Both the position numbers and the translations under genes were made by a program. DNA of 64,000 nt, taken from Terriglobia bacterium (lineage in GTDB: Bacteria; Acidobacteriota; Polarisedimenticolia; Polarisedimenticolales; JAIQFR01). Location of the stretch: contig CAVVHE010000004.1 in the NCBI GenBank assembly GCA_963748015.1, forward strand, positions 1,824,001-1,888,000, read 5' to 3'. The notes beneath the pieces were generated by a model. It saw only the letters and a program-made list of their open reading frames with translations. It did no database searches and was not told the origin of the DNA. Shown piece by piece: positions 62,484 to 64,000 of the stretch (positions are counted from its first letter, which is position 1; each line of letters starts with the position of its first letter).

Positions 62484-64000
62484 TCACCGCGCCTTCCACG
62501 CCGCGGCCTTGGCGTCGTACCCCTTGCCGGGCTCCCGGGCGCTCCAGGCCTCGTAGAGCTCGACGATCGCCCGGGTGCAGTCGCGGGTGTCCTTGTGCGT
62601 CGCGCCGCGGGTCGTGACGTACAGGGGGTGCGCCTCCAGAAGGCTGGCCTCCGCCGCGGGGAACTCTCCGAGCGCGGCGCGCGCCTTGCCGAGGGTCGTG
62701 AGCAGCTTCGCGAGCCAGCGCGCGTTCGAGCCGGTGAACGCCTTGCGCGCCGGGTCCTCGATCGGCGCGAGAAGCTGCACGGCCTCGGCGTGCTTCCCCT
62801 GCGCTTCGAGCAGCGTTGCCGTGTTGGTGGTCGAGATCCGCGTGTTGGGGTGATCCGGCCCGAGGACCCGCCGGCACTTCTCCATCGCCTCGCGGAGGTA
62901 CGGCTCGGCCTCGTCGAGCTTCCCCTGCGCTTGCAGGAGGACGCCGAGATTGTTGAGGGAGGTCAGCGTGTCGGGGTGATCCTCGCCGCGCACGCGCCGT
63001 TTCTTCGCCAGCGCCTCGCGGAGGTACGGCTCGGCCTCGGCCAGCCGGTCCGCTGCCTGCAGCAGGCGGCCCACGTTGCCGATCGAGCCGAGCGTGTCCG
63101 GGTGATCCTCGCCCAGCACGCGCCGTCGTCTCTCCATCGCCTCGCGGAGGCACCGCTCGGCCTCGGCCAGCTTCCCCTGGTCCTGCAGCAGGATTCCCAG
63201 GTTGTTGAGCGCGGCGAGCGTGTTCGGGTGATCCTCGCCCAGCACTCGCCGGTACTTCTCCAGCGCCTCGCGGAGGTACGGCTCGGCCTCGGTCGCCTTC
63301 CCCTCGAACTGCAGCAGGAATCCGAGGTTGTTGATCGTGACGATCGTCTCCGGGTGCTCCTCGCCCAGCACGCGGCGGTGCTTGTCCACCGCCTCGCGCC
63401 AGTACGGCTCGGCCTCGCCGAGCTTGCCCTGCGACTGCAGCAGGTTGCCCATGTTGGCGATCGAGGTCAGGGTGTCGGGATGGTCCTCACCCAGCACCCG
63501 GCGGCGCTTCTCGAGGGCCTCGCGGAAGAACGGCTCGGCCTCGCCGAGCTTGCCCTGGGCCTGCAACGCGAGGCTCAGGTTGTCGAGCGAGACCATCGTG
63601 TCCCTGTGCTCCTCGCCCAGCACGCGCCGCTGTTTTTCCAGCGCCTCGCGGAAGTACGGCTCGGCCTCGCCGGGCTTCCCCTGGGCCTGCAGCAGGAAAC
63701 CCATGTTGTTGATGGCGATCAGCGTGGTCGGGTGCTCATCACCCAGCACGCGCCTCCCCTTCTCCAGCGCCTCCCGACAGTACGGCTCCGCCTCGCCGGG
63801 CTTTCCCTGGGCGAGCAGGAGGTCGTCCATGGAGTTGATCGAGGCGAGCGTGTCCGGGTGCTCGGCGCCCAGCACCCTCCGCCGCGTCGCCAGCGCTTGC
63901 TCCTGCAGCGGCCGCGCGGCGTCGTACAGGCCCAGCTGCCTGTAGAGACCGGCCAACGTCTGTCGCAGCTTCGCGTCGACCGCCGGCTGGTCGGCGAATT
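62484..64000 (-). CDS. TPR protein with about nine 42-aa (kinesin-light-chain-type) repeats; 5' end is outside the window, probably a Ser/Thr kinase-TPR protein
   Basis: Repeated EAEPYxREALEKxRRVLGExHPxT unit, 126-bp periodicity. Confidence 0.88.
   Translation of the reverse strand, partial: FADQPAVDAKLRQTLAGLYRQLGLYDAARPLQEQALATRRRVLGAEHPDTLASINSMDDLLLAQGKPGEAEPYCREALEKGRRVLGDEHPTTLIAINNMGFLLQAQGKPGEAEPYFREALEKQRRVLGEEHRDTMVSLDNLSLALQAQGKLGEAEPFFREALEKRRRVLGEDHPDTLTSIANMGNLLQSQGKLGEAEPYWREAVDKHRRVLGEEHPETIVTINNLGFLLQFEGKATEAEPYLREALEKYRRVLGEDHPNTLAALNNLGILLQDQGKLAEAERCLREAMERRRRVLGEDHPDTLGSIGNVGRLLQAADRLAEAEPYLREALAKKRRVRGEDHPDTLTSLNNLGVLLQAQGKLDEAEPYLREAMEKCRRVLGPDHPNTRISTTNTATLLEAQGKHAEAVQLLAPIEDPARKAFTGSNARWLAKLLTTLGKARAALGEFPAAEASLLEAHPLYVTTRGATHKDTRDCTRAIVELYEAWSAREPGKGYDAKAAAWKAR

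Noticed and set aside
62484..64000. 126-bp periodic repeats as a possible CRISPR or tandem array
   Set aside because: In-frame 42-aa TPR coding repeats, with no spacer structure or cas genes

Overview
High-GC bacterial chromosomal window. An Acidobacterial-type VWA protein and TPR kinases suggest Acidobacteriota; this is inference. It holds about 50 mostly housekeeping CDS, including glyA, rpiB, tldD/E, the clpB-hsp20-htpX-grpE run, lptD, a sigma70-family factor, a split NAD synthetase, rsmI, smpB, tnaA, speB, corA, top6B, cstA and recQ. I saw no rRNA, tRNA, CRISPR array or transposase. Many genes carry single-base frameshifts that look like long-read assembly errors. The best candidate for an undescribed system is a plant-like prenol salvage module at 10.7-14.4 kb. 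It combines a farnesol-dehydrogenase (FLDH)-like SDR, a fused phytol/farnesol kinase (VTE5-like) plus DUF92 prenyl-phosphate kinase (VTE6-like), and a convergent UbiA prenyltransferase with NQxxDxxxD/KDxxDxxGD motifs. Other notable items: a dGTPase homolog with a remodelled active site, an orphan Topo VI-B, a GMS-variant CorA coupled to agmatinase, a degenerate GGDEF-PilZ fusion, a CstA ending in RCC, a DnaA-box/AT-rich intergenic island, and several long structured intergenic elements. All family assignments come from motif recognition by eye, not database searches.
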